DNA from: Toensbergia leucococca
Lineage: Eukaryota
Assembly (NCBI GenBank): GCA_022813965.1
Contig: JALDZS010000047.1
Span: 62,001 to 126,000, forward strand
DNA: 64,000 bases
Direction: 5' to 3'
Shown here: positions 35,732 through 47,600 of the stretch, one piece after another
Position numbering within the stretch: position 1 is the first letter of the stretch
How the letters are laid out: every line of letters begins with the position of its first letter
Notes under the pieces: generated by a model
What the model was told of the DNA's origin: nothing
What the model saw: only the letters and a program-made list of their open reading frames with translations
Database searches by the model: none
Position numbers and translations under genes: made by a program

Positions 35732-38700
35732 ATGGTCTTGGATCCATTGAGTGCTTTTTCTCTTGCTTGCAACGTCCTTCAGATCGTTGAGTTCGGCGTG
35801 AATGTCTTGAGCAAAGCAGCAGACTATCGAAAAGCTGACGCTGGCCTTTTGACCGAGCAGAAAGACCTTCGAGATGTCTCCCAATCTCTTTACAACCTCA
35901 ATACTGATCTTCTGGCCTCGTTACCACGACAGAGACTATCAAGAGAGCACACTGTTGAGGATGCTCGCCTACTTGAAGCCAACGACCAGTGTCTGCGGCT
36001 TTCAAAGGACTTCATTGACTTCCTTGATCGTCTGAAGCTCAGAGAAAGCCATGCAGTATTTGACAGCTTGCGTATGAGCATCAAGACTCTGTGGCACAGA
36101 GATAAGATGGATGCCATGGCAAAATCGCTCTCTCAAGCTCGCGACAACCTAAACGTTGCATTCTTGGTTTACATGAAGTATGTCAATGGATACCGAATCT
36201 ACGACACAGTAATGAATTAATAGTCTAGCTCCAAGCAAGCCACCCAAGCCGCGCAAAATGAAATCTTCAAAAACACTACCCGTGTCGAAGGCAGCATATT
36301 GCAGGCCGTGGCATCCACCTCGGACTCGATTCAAGATGACATCAAGTCACTAGCTGAACAGCTGAACAATGTCCGTCTGGATTCCGTGCAGCAGACTGTG
36401 GCTCAATTTACGGAATCACATCGCAATTTGCTTGCGCATCTGTCCAATCGACTAGACTCGATATTTGCCCTACATACTGATTTTCGGGCCCTCTCAGATG
36501 AAAGTCAGATCGCTGCTGCTCGTCAGAGAATCTTGGACAGCCTTCATTTCCCTCAAATCCGTGAACGCAGGTATCACATCTCGAAAGCTCACAATAAAAC
36601 CTATCAGTGGATATTGCAGCCGGGGAAACGAGGAGCACAGCGCTGGGATGATTTTGTTTCGTGGCTCAGAGCTTCGTCCGGTGAAAACCGGATATATTGG
36701 GTCAATGGCAAGATCGGTGCTGGGAAGACGACTCTAATACGGTTTCTAGACGATAACCTAAGCCCTATTGATCACATGCTTCCATGGGCCAAGGAGGCCA
36801 CGGTGGTACGAGCGAGCTGCTTCTTCTGGAACGCTGGGAACAAATTGCAGAAATCTACGACCGGGCTTCTCCGAACCCTGTTGACTCAACTTTTTGAGCA
36901 GACACCCGACCTGATTCCGCGAGTTGTGCAGATGAGAAAGTGGCAAACGGCTCGCCTTGCTGGTAATCACGTCATTGACTGGACTGATGCAGAACTACAG
37001 GATTGTTTGCGGGAGTATATCCTTTACGCAGCTCTCTCTCGGAAAGTCTTCCTTTTAGTAGACGGACTTGACGAGTTTGAGGGGACTGATGAAGCGCGTG
37101 AGGATTTGATAGACCTGTTGGTCGCCTTGGCTGCTTATGAGAATGTTAAAATCTGTCTGTCCAGCAGACCGTGGAACATCTTCCAGGACGCCTTTGGAAG
37201 CTGTCCACAGCTAAAACTTGAGGATCTTACCTACAATGATATCAGCGCATATGTTCGAGAACAACTCTACGATAACAAGCAATTTCACAAGCTTGTGCAG
37301 TACAATGCTGTCGCTGCCGACCGTCTTGTGGCAAGTCTCATCAGCAAGGCGGCAGGGGTATTTCTGTGGGTCCGACTGGTTGTGAAACAACTCCTGAAAG
37401 GTCTCCGTGATGGTGACGGCATCGATACTATCAGCAAAAAGGTCAAGGAGATACCTGCAGATCTCGATGACTACTTCGTGCGCTTGATGGACTTGATCGA
37501 GCCTCAAAATCGGAAGGAAGCCTCAGAACTTCTGCAAGTAGCACTTTATCAAGAGGATGAGTTTGTCACGCTGCACTCAAATCATCTGCTTGATTTCTCA
37601 TTTATCGAGGAAGGAAAGCCGGATTTTGCACTTGACCCCTTTTACGGATTTTCGGGGCTTGACATCGCGAACACAGGTGCTTTGGCCTTTCGTCTAGAGT
37701 CCACAATGCGAAAGTTGAATAGCCGCTGCCTAGGACTTCTTGAATGTCATAATGAGCCAGACAAGGGTTTGGAGTTGAGGAGAATGTTTACAGAGGATAG
37801 CGATGACGAGGAGAGCGATGGCGAGGCATCAACTATGATAGACTTTGCACATCGGAAAAATACTAAGATCAGCGTGCCTCTCGATGCTTCGGAATTGTCT
37901 GATGTCTTGGCAACGGCTTCTATGAGTGTCGATTTCCTCCATCGATCACTTCGAGACTTTCTACTAACCCCCAAAATCCAAACTCTGCTTCACTCATATA
38001 CGCAGGGGCCCTATGATGCAAGAATGTTCTTTAGGAGTGCCAGGCTTGTTCAGCTTGTGGCCCTCAACAAAGTCGAAGCCGACATCTATGCTTCGGTCGG
38101 TCTAGCCAGCTACATCCTGAGTACGCTTACTGTCTCTGGGTATCGGGAAACTCCTGGCGCCGTTGCTTTCGCTTCCATAATGCGGCCAGTGATTGAAAAT
38201 TTGGTTCGGCTCGTAAATGTGGAAAAGATACAAGGTTGGTATATCTGTTGCGTACTACAGAGCTGGCACGATGAGAACAGCACCTTCTTAACTTTAGCGA
38301 TTGACTTTGGGCTGGACCCATACGTCCGCGCGCATTTGACGCCTCAAAGCGTGCAAAGCAAGAAAGGTCGTCCAATCCTGGATTACATTTTACGACCTCG
38401 CTTTGCCAAAGTGCAATCGACCATATGCGTTGGGAATCAGTCGCCAGACTCAGCACTCCTTGACGCCGTGTTAAGATTTGGTGCGGACCCAAATCAAAGA
38501 TATCAAGACGTCTCAATCTGGGCACTTTTTTTGTGCTTTATAGCTGATCATCTCGGAGAAGAAACACTGAATGGTACACTGATCATAGGGGCAGCGTATT
38601 GTGAGGCTCTCGAAATCATGCTTCAGAATGGCGCCGATGTTCTGCTGCCTAGAAAGTGGCTTTTGGACTCGGCTTACTTTGAGGCATACGGTGGATACAG

Positions 38701-38899
38701 ATTCAATGAGGGCTCTAATAAGCGTTTTTGGCGGCGATTTCCCAACACAACGCCTGCAATACAAGGAAGCATAAGCAACGATTCTTTCTACGCCGTAAGC
38801 GATCTTCTTGAGCACTTTCGTGATCAATTTGGGTCGTCTTTGGACACGCTGAAAACCTTGGTATTTCAGCGAGAAGCCCAGAGCCTGGCTTTCGGGTAA
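35732..38899 (+). CDS. Fungal NLR-like STAND protein: SesA/small-s-type N-terminal domain, NACHT, degenerate ankyrin-like C-terminus
   Basis: N-terminus MVLDPLSAFSLACNVLQIVEFG. Intron 36178-36228 joins the frames. P-loop WVNGKIGAGKTT, Walker B LLVDGLDE, KICLSSRPW, KAAGVFLWV; C-terminal FGADPN and NGADV. Confidence 0.9.
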
Positions 38900-40483
38900 T
38901 CTAGCTAGGTCGCAAGCTCTCATTCGCGCGCAGTGAAGCTCCCGTGAATATATTTGCAACAGATTGGGACGATGCTCATTTCATATGAGAACCAAGAATC
39001 AGCGCCTTGAACTTGGCTTGGATGCTGGTGGGGATACTCCGCTTTTCTCTTGAGATCCTGCAAACAGTATACTGAAATGACAGAGCCCATGGGGTCTCCT
39101 CATAGGATTAGTCGATATCTCCAGACGTGTGGAATCTGATTCGGGTCACCTATAGGAGATGCCATCATCACGTGTTCCTCCAAGATGAGTCTCTATAAGC
39201 GACTTCTAGCCATCAGATTTCGGCCACCTACTCTGACTCTTAGCCATGGTGTCAACGAATAACTGGCAGTTCTTGTACGCGGAGGTACAATAGTCGTATT
39301 TAAAGTCTTTGCGACAAAGTGCAGAGAGAATATGAACGAGTCCAACGCAGCGGACTTCAAGCCTGAGAGTTGGAAAATTCTCCAGATACTCGTATAAGTA
39401 GCTGACAAAACTGCTCACCCCGAGTGAGGATTGCCAGTATGGAAAGGGAAGACGTCAAACCATCTATGGCTGGGTTTTTGACTACAGCAGAGTAGTTTCC
39501 GGAAATGTACTTTTATTTCACAATCCGAGAATGAACCTCGCCAGCATATCTTTCTCTAGTTATCCATATGTCGACAACTGTTGCTACTCTGTCAGTCCGT
39601 TCCACAAATATCTGAGCCTTTTTCAAGATGGTCAGCTCATAAAGACTCACTTCCAAACGGTATCATGCTGGCCTGCCGAGGGACAGTGGGAGCAGAAGGA
39701 TTCTTTGCGGATTTGGGACCAGTGGCCTGCGAATGTTTGTCCGAAGCTAATATCCTAAGCACTTTAGAAGCCGGCGTTGGCCTCGAAATATTCTTGACCG
39801 CGGGGCGGATGAAAGGAGGAGCTTGACGGGTTTCACAAAACGTGCTTTGCCATTTCTGTATTCGTCCCTGCTGTGGAGAAAGTTGTAATGGGTGTGAGTG
39901 CGACATTAGACGGACGAGATGAGTAGACAGTAAGTATTTTCACACTAAAGAAAAGAGGATACTTGATATTCGTCCGACAGAGCTGACACTTTACGGTCCA
40001 GGAATGTTGATTGCAGATGCAGGCTCTGCCATGATTGACATGTACTGCGAAATGTTGTGGTTCCTCTTTTCCTACCAATCGCCCCGCCCTCGACGCAGGC
40101 CTCCAGGGTTGAAGAGTCTTCGTAGGCCCAAGGGATCGATCTCTTTTCATGTACGATTAATATCTTTTCAGTTCCAACCAACTTGCACTCATCCATGACA
40201 TGTTCATAATCCAACAATTGAGATAGTCGGTACAAGCTTTGCGATAGAAACATGACCTTCTCCCTTGTCCCTTCTCTCTTCTCCCGCCGTATGATACCCT
40301 AGCAGCTCATTCACTCTTTCGCCACCCCACCTTTGCATTCTCTCCCTCTACCTTAATTCTCACTTTCACTTTCACTCTTACTCTCAATCCTAGACCTCAC
40401 TCCTCTTTACCAAACCACAAACTCCTAGACCATCTCATCGAAAATCGACTCTCAAGCGCTCTTCACATCCTCGATCCGAAATC

Positions 40484-41215
40484 ATGGCACAGGACACCAC
40501 CGCACCGAATGAACCCTCGGAAAAGATGCCCCCCCAAACCACCAAACCATCCCGCCCCCTTCTGACCCTCTACCTCCCCATTTTCTCCCTCTTCCTTTTC
40601 CTCCTTCTCCCCCTAACCCTCTATCTTTCCCCGCTATCGCCACCGTCCTTCCTTCACCCTCAGGCCTCTCGCCAACAATCTTGCCCAAACACTCCAACCC
40701 TCCATCCGACCCTCTTCCGCGACCACTTCGAATACCAACTCCCAGACACCCAATCCAACAAAGCCTGGTCCGACCTCTTCACTCCGAACGGCGGCTTTCT
40801 GATCCAGCCAGATAAAGAAGGCAAGAATCGCGTCTATGGCATTAGCATGTTACACCAGTTGCACTGCTTGAGCATGCTTCGGACTATGCTGGTGTGGAAA
40901 ATGGGACATGGTCACACAGGTATGGAGACTAGAGATGGGGAGAAGGAGAAAGCGTCCTCGCTGGTAGAGAGGCATTGGGTTCATTGCCTCGATTATTTGC
41001 GTCAGGTAACATCTCTCTCTCCCTCCTTCACCGTCATCTTCGCACCAATCCTCACGTGTGGAAACAAGGGTATCCTCTGCGCCGCCGACTCGACGATTGA
41101 ATCGCCCTATGTCAATCAACACGGCATAGATATAGTAAATTATACAACGGTTCATCAGTGCGGAGACTCGGAGGCACTTTATCGAATGAGTTTCGAGAGC
41201 GGATTTGTGGAGTAA
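40484..41215 (+). CDS. UstYa-like (DUF3328) oxidase
   Basis: N-terminal TM helix, two HxxHC motifs (HQLHCL, HWVHCLDYLRQ), then ILCAADSTIE and HQCGD. Probable in-frame intron 41006-41068. Confidence 0.9.
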   Translation: MAQDTTAPNEPSEKMPPQTTKPSRPLLTLYLPIFSLFLFLLLPLTLYLSPLSPPSFLHPQASRQQSCPNTPTLHPTLFRDHFEYQLPDTQSNKAWSDLFTPNGGFLIQPDKEGKNRVYGISMLHQLHCLSMLRTMLVWKMGHGHTGMETRDGEKEKASSLVERHWVHCLDYLRQVTSLSPSFTVIFAPILTCGNKGILCAADSTIESPYVNQHGIDIVNYTTVHQCGDSEALYRMSFESGFVE

Positions 41216-41554
41216 AGGGATCGAGAAGGTGAGTTTGGATCAGGAATGGGGGGATGGGGGGATGGAGTGGTTGTGGTCTTGGCTTGGTGGCTTTGGGGGA
41301 AGCGATGAGGTGAGATTGGCATAAACATTTACGAAGGATGTAAATGGCTTATTTCGGACGGTGATTTAATGTGATGGCTGTTTTGCTGAACTTTGTTCTG
41401 GGAGAGAAGCTCAATCAGCCTATTCCATCTCCCTCTTCACACCTTCATCCGCGTCTCTCGTGTCCCGATATTCGTTCACGGAGCAAACCAAGCCAGTGCT
41501 CCAGGCAACAAAAGTAATTCTTCCAAAAAAAAACAATAAAAAATGTCCGACACA

Positions 41555-42289
41555 CCGTATAATCTGTCATATAAGATACTACTGGTATATAAGATACTAC
41601 TGGCTTATAAGATATGGTTCCAAATCGACTTTTTGAGATGATAGGCCTTTTGGTCTATAAGATATTATCTACCTACATGTTGGGGGTGGGGGGGGATCCT
41701 CAGGTACGTACTCCACCTCATCATCATCCTTCTCCTCCTCCTCCTCCTCATCCTCATCAATTGCTGCAAGATTGCTAATCTTCTCCGGCCTTCTAGTCCA
41801 GTCACCAACCTGTACATCAGGTATATCCTTTATTCACAGCTCAGGATCCTCGCTCCCATCTACAGCTAAGGCTAGTCCTACTTGATGAAACGTTTTGCGA
41901 ATCAATTGCGACTTAATTGAATCCTTATGATACTTCCTCCATGCCTGACCCACTCACTCCATCAACATCACACGTCTTTCACCTGCAGTACACTTTCCGG
42001 AAGCATACATAAGATCGGTCAATTTGGCCTGTTTCTTAGAGGGAGTGTGAGGGGGAGCCATGATGAGTAGGTAGATAAGGTAGATGAGGTGTTGAGGGAG
42101 TGAGATGAGATGTTAAAGAGATTAGTAGTGAATTTGGTGATTTTCTCAGGTGGTTGTATTGATCCCACTCGAAGACCTTGCGCGAAGAACTGTATATAAG
42201 ATACTACTGGCCTATAAGATATGGTTCCAAATGGCCTTCAGACGATGAACTACTTATAAGAGCCGAATCTTATATGACAGATTATACGG
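41555..42289 (-). mobile_element. Non-autonomous pogo/Tigger-like (Tc1-mariner superfamily) DNA transposon, internal-deletion derivative
   Basis: Perfect 23-bp TIRs CCGTATAATCTGTCATATAAGAT (41555-41577 and 42267-42289). Subterminal TATAAGATACTACTGG repeats. Internal minus frame (ATG 42061) ends in ERRVMLME*VGQAWRKY...IRKTFHQVGLALAVDGSEDPEL*IKDIP, resembling a pogo transposase C-terminus. Confidence 0.9.
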
Positions 42290-42385
42290 CATGTCCTTTT
42301 CATCAAAACACCGCCCACCCAGCCTCCATCTCACAACAAGCATCCCAAACCCCAATAGAGCTCAGCAAACAACCCCCTTCAAATA

Positions 42386-43243
42386 TCAAACCGCTAGACT
42401 AACCAGCCACAACAACGCCCCCTCCACACCGGCTCCCAAAACAACCTTGACATCAATCCTGCCCGCTACCGGCGGCACACTCCCAATCCCCACACTAGCA
42501 CAATGCTCACATCTCTCCGTCGTACCCGGCGGCAACACACTCCTCCACGTCTCGACCCCAGCCAGCACATGCCTAACCTGCGCATCAATGGAAAAGACGC
42601 TGGCGTTCACAACCGCTCCCTCCATTCCCCGCAAATCCGTCAACACAGCCGCCACCGCTCCCCTACCTGCCCCCCCACTGCTCCCGGAACTCTGAACCAG
42701 CGCCGTGAATTCACTTTGTTGTTCCATTCCTCCCCCTCCATTCCCTCCCCTCCCCTCCTCCTCTTCCTCCTCCTCCCAGCCCCCATTCACCTCCTCCTCA
42801 CTATCATCAGAATCCGACCCCGTTGACCCCCCAAGCCGAAACGAATACTCCGTCTTGACACAATACGCCGTCCCCATCTCCAACACCGGCATCGACTCCC
42901 GCATGTCCTCCAGCACCACGTCCACGCATAGATATCCAAAAGGGCAGTATTGGATGCGCGAGTCGGAGCCCATGTAGAATGTGCAGTGGATTTGGTAGGC
43001 GCGGGGGCCGCGTTGGCGCTGGCAGAAGGATTCTTGGAAGGTCCAGTTGGGGGAGGGGCAGGTTGTTTGTTTTGTGTAGGTTGTGGGGGCGGGGATGGTG
43101 CGTTTGTGGGGGGGTGAGGCTGGTTGGTGGGTGGTGGGGGGGGAGAGGAAGAGGGAGAGGGAGTGGGAGGTGCTGGTTGTGGGGGTGATGAGGTTGTGGA
43201 GATGGAGGAGGAGGAGGAGGGGGAGGGGGATGGTGGGGCGCAT
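42386..43243 (-). CDS. Secreted Cys-rich protein with a Kex2-type KR site
   Basis: Probable start MRPTIPLPLLLLL. HKR/TIPAP processing site; Cys pattern CP...FC...HC...YCP.GYLCVD...TAYCV...RCEHC; acidic/Gly linker. Confidence 0.7.
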   Translation of the reverse strand: MRPTIPLPLLLLLHLHNLITPTTSTSHSLSLFLSPPTTHQPASPPHKRTIPAPTTYTKQTTCPSPNWTFQESFCQRQRGPRAYQIHCTFYMGSDSRIQYCPFGYLCVDVVLEDMRESMPVLEMGTAYCVKTEYSFRLGGSTGSDSDDSEEEVNGGWEEEEEEEGRGGNGGGGMEQQSEFTALVQSSGSSGGAGRGAVAAVLTDLRGMEGAVVNASVFSIDAQVRHVLAGVETWRSVLPPGTTERCEHCASVGIGSVPPVAGRIDVKVVLGAGVEGALLWLVSLAV

Positions 43244-43449
43244 TTTTCTCTCCCTTATTTTCTTTTTCTTCTTCTCCAAGTCCCTGGGGGTTTTGTTGCA
43301 ATCGAGAAGATGACTCGATTTTTGAGAATTTTGAGTCGGGTAGAATAAGGTGACGTTCATCCAGGCAGGCAGCAGATTTGATTGCCCCCCCACCCCATCC
43401 CATCCGATGCGATCATTTTCTGAAGAAGCGCCGGTTTCAAATGCAAGGT

Positions 43450-44230
43450 TTAGAGTCTTTTTGTTGGCCTTTTCCCGCAAGAGAGACGCGCTTCTAGGAC
43501 TATCTTTGTTTTTTTGAGGCGCTGCTATGTGGGGTGTGGTATGCGCACCCTCTTCCCTTGTTTTATTTTTTTGGGAGGGTTTCTCTAGCCTCTGGTCTTT
43601 TTTGTTTCTGATCTTCTTTTGATTTCTGAGACTTGATCACCTTCTATCAAGAACCCACGCCCACCCCTATTAGAACCCCTCATTCTCTCAATTTCAATCA
43701 CATCTTTTTGACATACCTTCATTGATTTGAGTTGAGTAGGGGGGAGGTTTTGATGAACTTTTTTTGCTCTTTTGATTCATCTTTTTTGATGTCCTCTTCA
43801 AGCATCTCACTTCTTACAAATCTTTTTTTCAAATGAGAAAACTAAACTTGAGCTTTTTGCATTTTGTGCAAGTGACTGTAGTGTTGATGACCTTTTCTGA
43901 GGTTTTTTTTTTTTTTTGAGGGGGGAGGTTGAGAGGGATTTTAGATTAGGATGAGGGGAGGGTGCTTGAGTTTAAGGGGAGGTTGAAGGGATTTTGTTGT
44001 TGTGAGTGAAGGGAGTGAGTGTTGATGTTTTTGATGAGGGTGATGAGGTGATGGGAGTGATGGGAGTGAGGATTAGAGAGAGAGAAAGGTGAAGAAAAGA
44101 AAAGAAAAGACAAGAAATTTGCTGTTGTTGTTGAGATGAGTTTTGTTGAGAGAAAGGGGATGATGATGATGGTGATGATAATGATAAAAACACCAATGTT
44201 GACATCTTTGATCTCTTGTCTTCGTCATTG
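43450..44230 (-). pseudogene. A-rich corrupted remnant resembling a Zn2Cys6 gene 5' end
   Basis: Minus strand reads VINTTVTCTKCKKLK...VRCLKR, plus a GTATGT...CTAAT...TAG intron-like element, amid long homopolymers. Confidence 0.35.
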
Positions 44231-44651
44231 ATTGCACACAAGATGTGAAGAGTGAGGTGAGCGCCTTTTCAGTCATCAGATGACGGCGCAAAGCTAGACA
44301 CATGGACGTACTCGACGGAGAAAAGACCAGCGCTCGTCTCTGACAACACGCATCATGTTTTTTCTAATTTATGATCACGACGTGACTGAATTCTGACAGA
44401 GGACGTGAGAAGATCTCTGCTTGGACAATATAGCGAATAGCTGTAGTTTGAAAAACAAGGGTATTTCCGCCACCGCCTCGTAGCGGCTTCAATACATACA
44501 AAATACCAAGCTCGATTCGGGTTTCATAGACATGTTTACATACTTTCATTACCAATGTCATGATAAACCAAATCATGCCTCCAAAAAACTCCTTGCACCT
44601 CGCTTTCCGTCGCAAAATCTTCATTACAGTCTTCCCTCCTTGATAGCGTTT

Positions 44652-45603
44652 TCAATACCAGCTTATACCCGCCAGGAGAACGATTGTTAGCCCCAGCCAG
44701 CTGCCTGCTTCCTGCCTTGTTCCGGCGCCTTGCATGCTGAAGGGTGATCCGTTGCTATCTGTTGTTGATGTTGCGCTGGTGCTTGGGCTCTGGCTGGTGG
44801 TGCTGTGGCTGGAGGAAGAGGAGGCGGTTGTAGTTGAGATGGGGGTATTGCTGGTGAGAGAGGATACCGAGATGGGCGTTTGCGATGTCGACATTGTAGT
44901 TGAGCTAATGGTTGAAGTTGAAGAAGAACTTGCTGCGCTAGAAGAGCTCGTGGATGCTGCAAGACTCGAGGCCCCACCTAGTGGGATAGGAGTTGGTCGG
45001 CCAGTAGCAATAGCCTGTGCATCTGTGATTGTGACAGGTTGGCCGTAAATCGTTGTGCTTGAATCGTACACCAATGGAACAGCAACGCTATGTTTATTCC
45101 CAGCGCTGTCAAGGACGTAGCCAGTCACAGTTGATGTGGAAAATCCCCCTCCCGTTGTTGTTGTTATAACACCGACGAGACCGCCATCGCTTGTGGTTAT
45201 TGAGCCTAAGGTGGACGTCGCAGTCTGTTCGGCTTGCTCTGCGCTGATGATGATGGATGAAGGAATGGGGTGGCCGGCAGAAGCGCAGAGAGCTTGGAGA
45301 GGGGTTATGAGGAGGGAGTCGTCGAGGGCATTGTCGCAGTTGGATTTGATGCAGGTCACGACCGAGGGAAGGAAGTGGCCGTCGGACAGTTGACAGATAC
45401 CTAGAGACACCGTTAGAGAGAACTGTGGGAGCTTATCGTTGGGGTAGCGTACATGAGAGGTCAGTATCGGCGCAACTGAAGTTCCGGTCGTTGACGCAGT
45501 TTTGCCAGCATTGAGGGAGGTCGGAGACTAATTGCGACAATACTGCTGGGGCGAGGAGGAGGAGTAGCGCCAATGAGGCTCGGAGGGAGAAGAGGAAGGG
45601 CAT
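44652..45603 (-). CDS. CFEM-domain, Ser/Thr-rich, probably GPI-anchored cell-surface protein
   Basis: Signal peptide. LPQCWQNC...SCADTDLSC-ICQ...VVTCIKSNC...LC gives eight Cys across intron 45401-45452. S/T-rich stalk and hydrophobic C-terminus. Confidence 0.9.
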
Positions 45604-46199
45604 AGCGATGGATGCTGTTTGGGGTTGAATTGTTATCTGTGTGTGTTTCATGTCACAATTCGAGCACTGTGCAGTCGATGTCTAACAAGGTCATGTTGTG
45701 GATTCAATGCTGATACATTTGATGGATGTTGAGAGTCGCGTCTCTGCAATGTAAAAGCAAGGCAAAAGCTTGAGAACAAGAATAGAGGGACAATTCAATC
45801 CAATGAGCAGGTCGATCTTCCCTTTCGCCTTCCCCTTCCCCCTCTCCCTTTGGCTCGCATCCGACGTTTCACATTTGTCCATTCGATTGGATTGCCTCAG
45901 CCTGATTTCCGCCTATTTAGCCTATTTGAGCTAGAATATCCGATCCTTAATCAGCATGACGTCAATGACATCATCCAGACAAGATTTCGTCCAGTCCAAC
46001 ATCACCGCGAAATTCTATCTCACCATTTACTTGATAGATGATTTGTTGGCACTTCCTGATATGGAATTGTCTATGGACCAGAAATGCAACAGGGTACTCT
46101 ACTGAGAGGATCCTCTCGCTTTCGTGAGTATTCTATCCAATCTAGGATCCCGCTGTCGCTGTTGAAGAACACTCCTCTCCCCTAAAGCCTAGGATATCA

Positions 46200-47600
46200 G
46201 GCCTTGCTTTACCCTTGATTCTCTTGAAGACATCGCCATTTATCAGACACCAATCAATCAACACTTACAACATGCCCTGAAGAGCGGAATAGCCCTACTT
46301 ACAGAAACCGAGTCTTTACCCAGTTCAAGGAATGTGCAGTCAAACAATAAAAGACATGCTCATGTGCCTTTTATGCCGCTAGTAATACCCAATGCCCCAG
46401 CGATACTCGGCCACAGCTGTTCATGAACCAAGATCTGTTTCGAGAGAAGTCAAACTGAAATGTGTAACTTTCACATCTTTGAGAGCAGTCTGACCAATTG
46501 AGCATCGAGAAGATGCAGGGATAGGGAAACAGCCTTCATGATTTTTTTGCCTTTTCCTAGTCACATTTCGCTCATCACGTACATTTGTTATACTCTCTAT
46601 TCTTTCTCTCTCGTTGTCTCAAATCTAATTCCTGTAATCAATCAAGTCGGATTCACTTCTGTGTAATCATTTTACCTATTCAATGAACAAGGCTAAATAT
46701 CACATGTTTTCTCTCTGGTTAGAATTCGAAACCCATCTCCATGTCGTTAGCTAAATTGAATAAACCTCTCATGCTATCCATGTATCAAAAGTATTGGCGG
46801 TCAAAAAATCAAGCTATTTCTTTGTCTGACATGGCTGACTCCTATGAATATGAGCGTAGAATCGAGAGCTAAAGGAACTTTTTCATTGTGCGGCTTTGTT
46901 GTACTCTTCTTCTCTAGCTCCACTTCTCAAGACCCGTTGACTGTCATCAACGTGGAAGCCAGCGCGATTGAAATAAGCCCGATGATATTGAGTTGTCAAC
47001 AGGGGTGAAGCCTTTGGAACGCCTGGATTCGTTCTCGACCGAAGCCATGATTCTCTCCCTATCGTTACTGGTTTTAGACATCTTGAGAAGTCTCTTGCTA
47101 AGTCTGGAGGTACGACAGCAATCATTTTTGCTCTTTTAGTTGGGATCCCAAGTCTCTGATTTAGAACTATGGTCACAAATAATAGCGATGTTTTTTGAGA
47201 GAGGCACCCAACATCACGACGGATCTAACTGGCAAGCGGTGTCAATAGACCAATTGAGTAACGTTATTTTCAGAAGAGTTGGGGTCAGATTACAGAGAAA
47301 GTTGAAGACACGCATGTCTGATCCTTCTTCTTTGCGTGATTGCTCCGGGCAGATGAAGCTCATTTCTTAGACCTTGGGAATTTGAAATGCCTCTTTACTT
47401 CACTAGATGATAGGATAATGGTAGCAACGCTTTGATCTGTCAGTTTCGGGCAAGCCTTCGTTTTCTGTGTCAGGACGAAGGAATCCAACGCTCATATAGA
47501 GAATATATTCAGGTCATGAGAAGTAGGGTGAGAGCTCTACTCTTTATCAATCAGCAATTCCAGTTCGGCAGTTTGTACAAAGGCTTAGCATCGATCACGC
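46200..47600 (-). pseudogene. Heavily degenerate coding relic, unidentified
   Basis: Short protein-like minus-strand fragments interrupted by frequent stops, locally AT-enriched. Confidence 0.25.

Noticed and set aside
38950..40260. RiPP precursor for the ustYa gene
   Set aside because: Only stop-interrupted, non-repetitive frames; no signal peptide with KR-delimited repeats.
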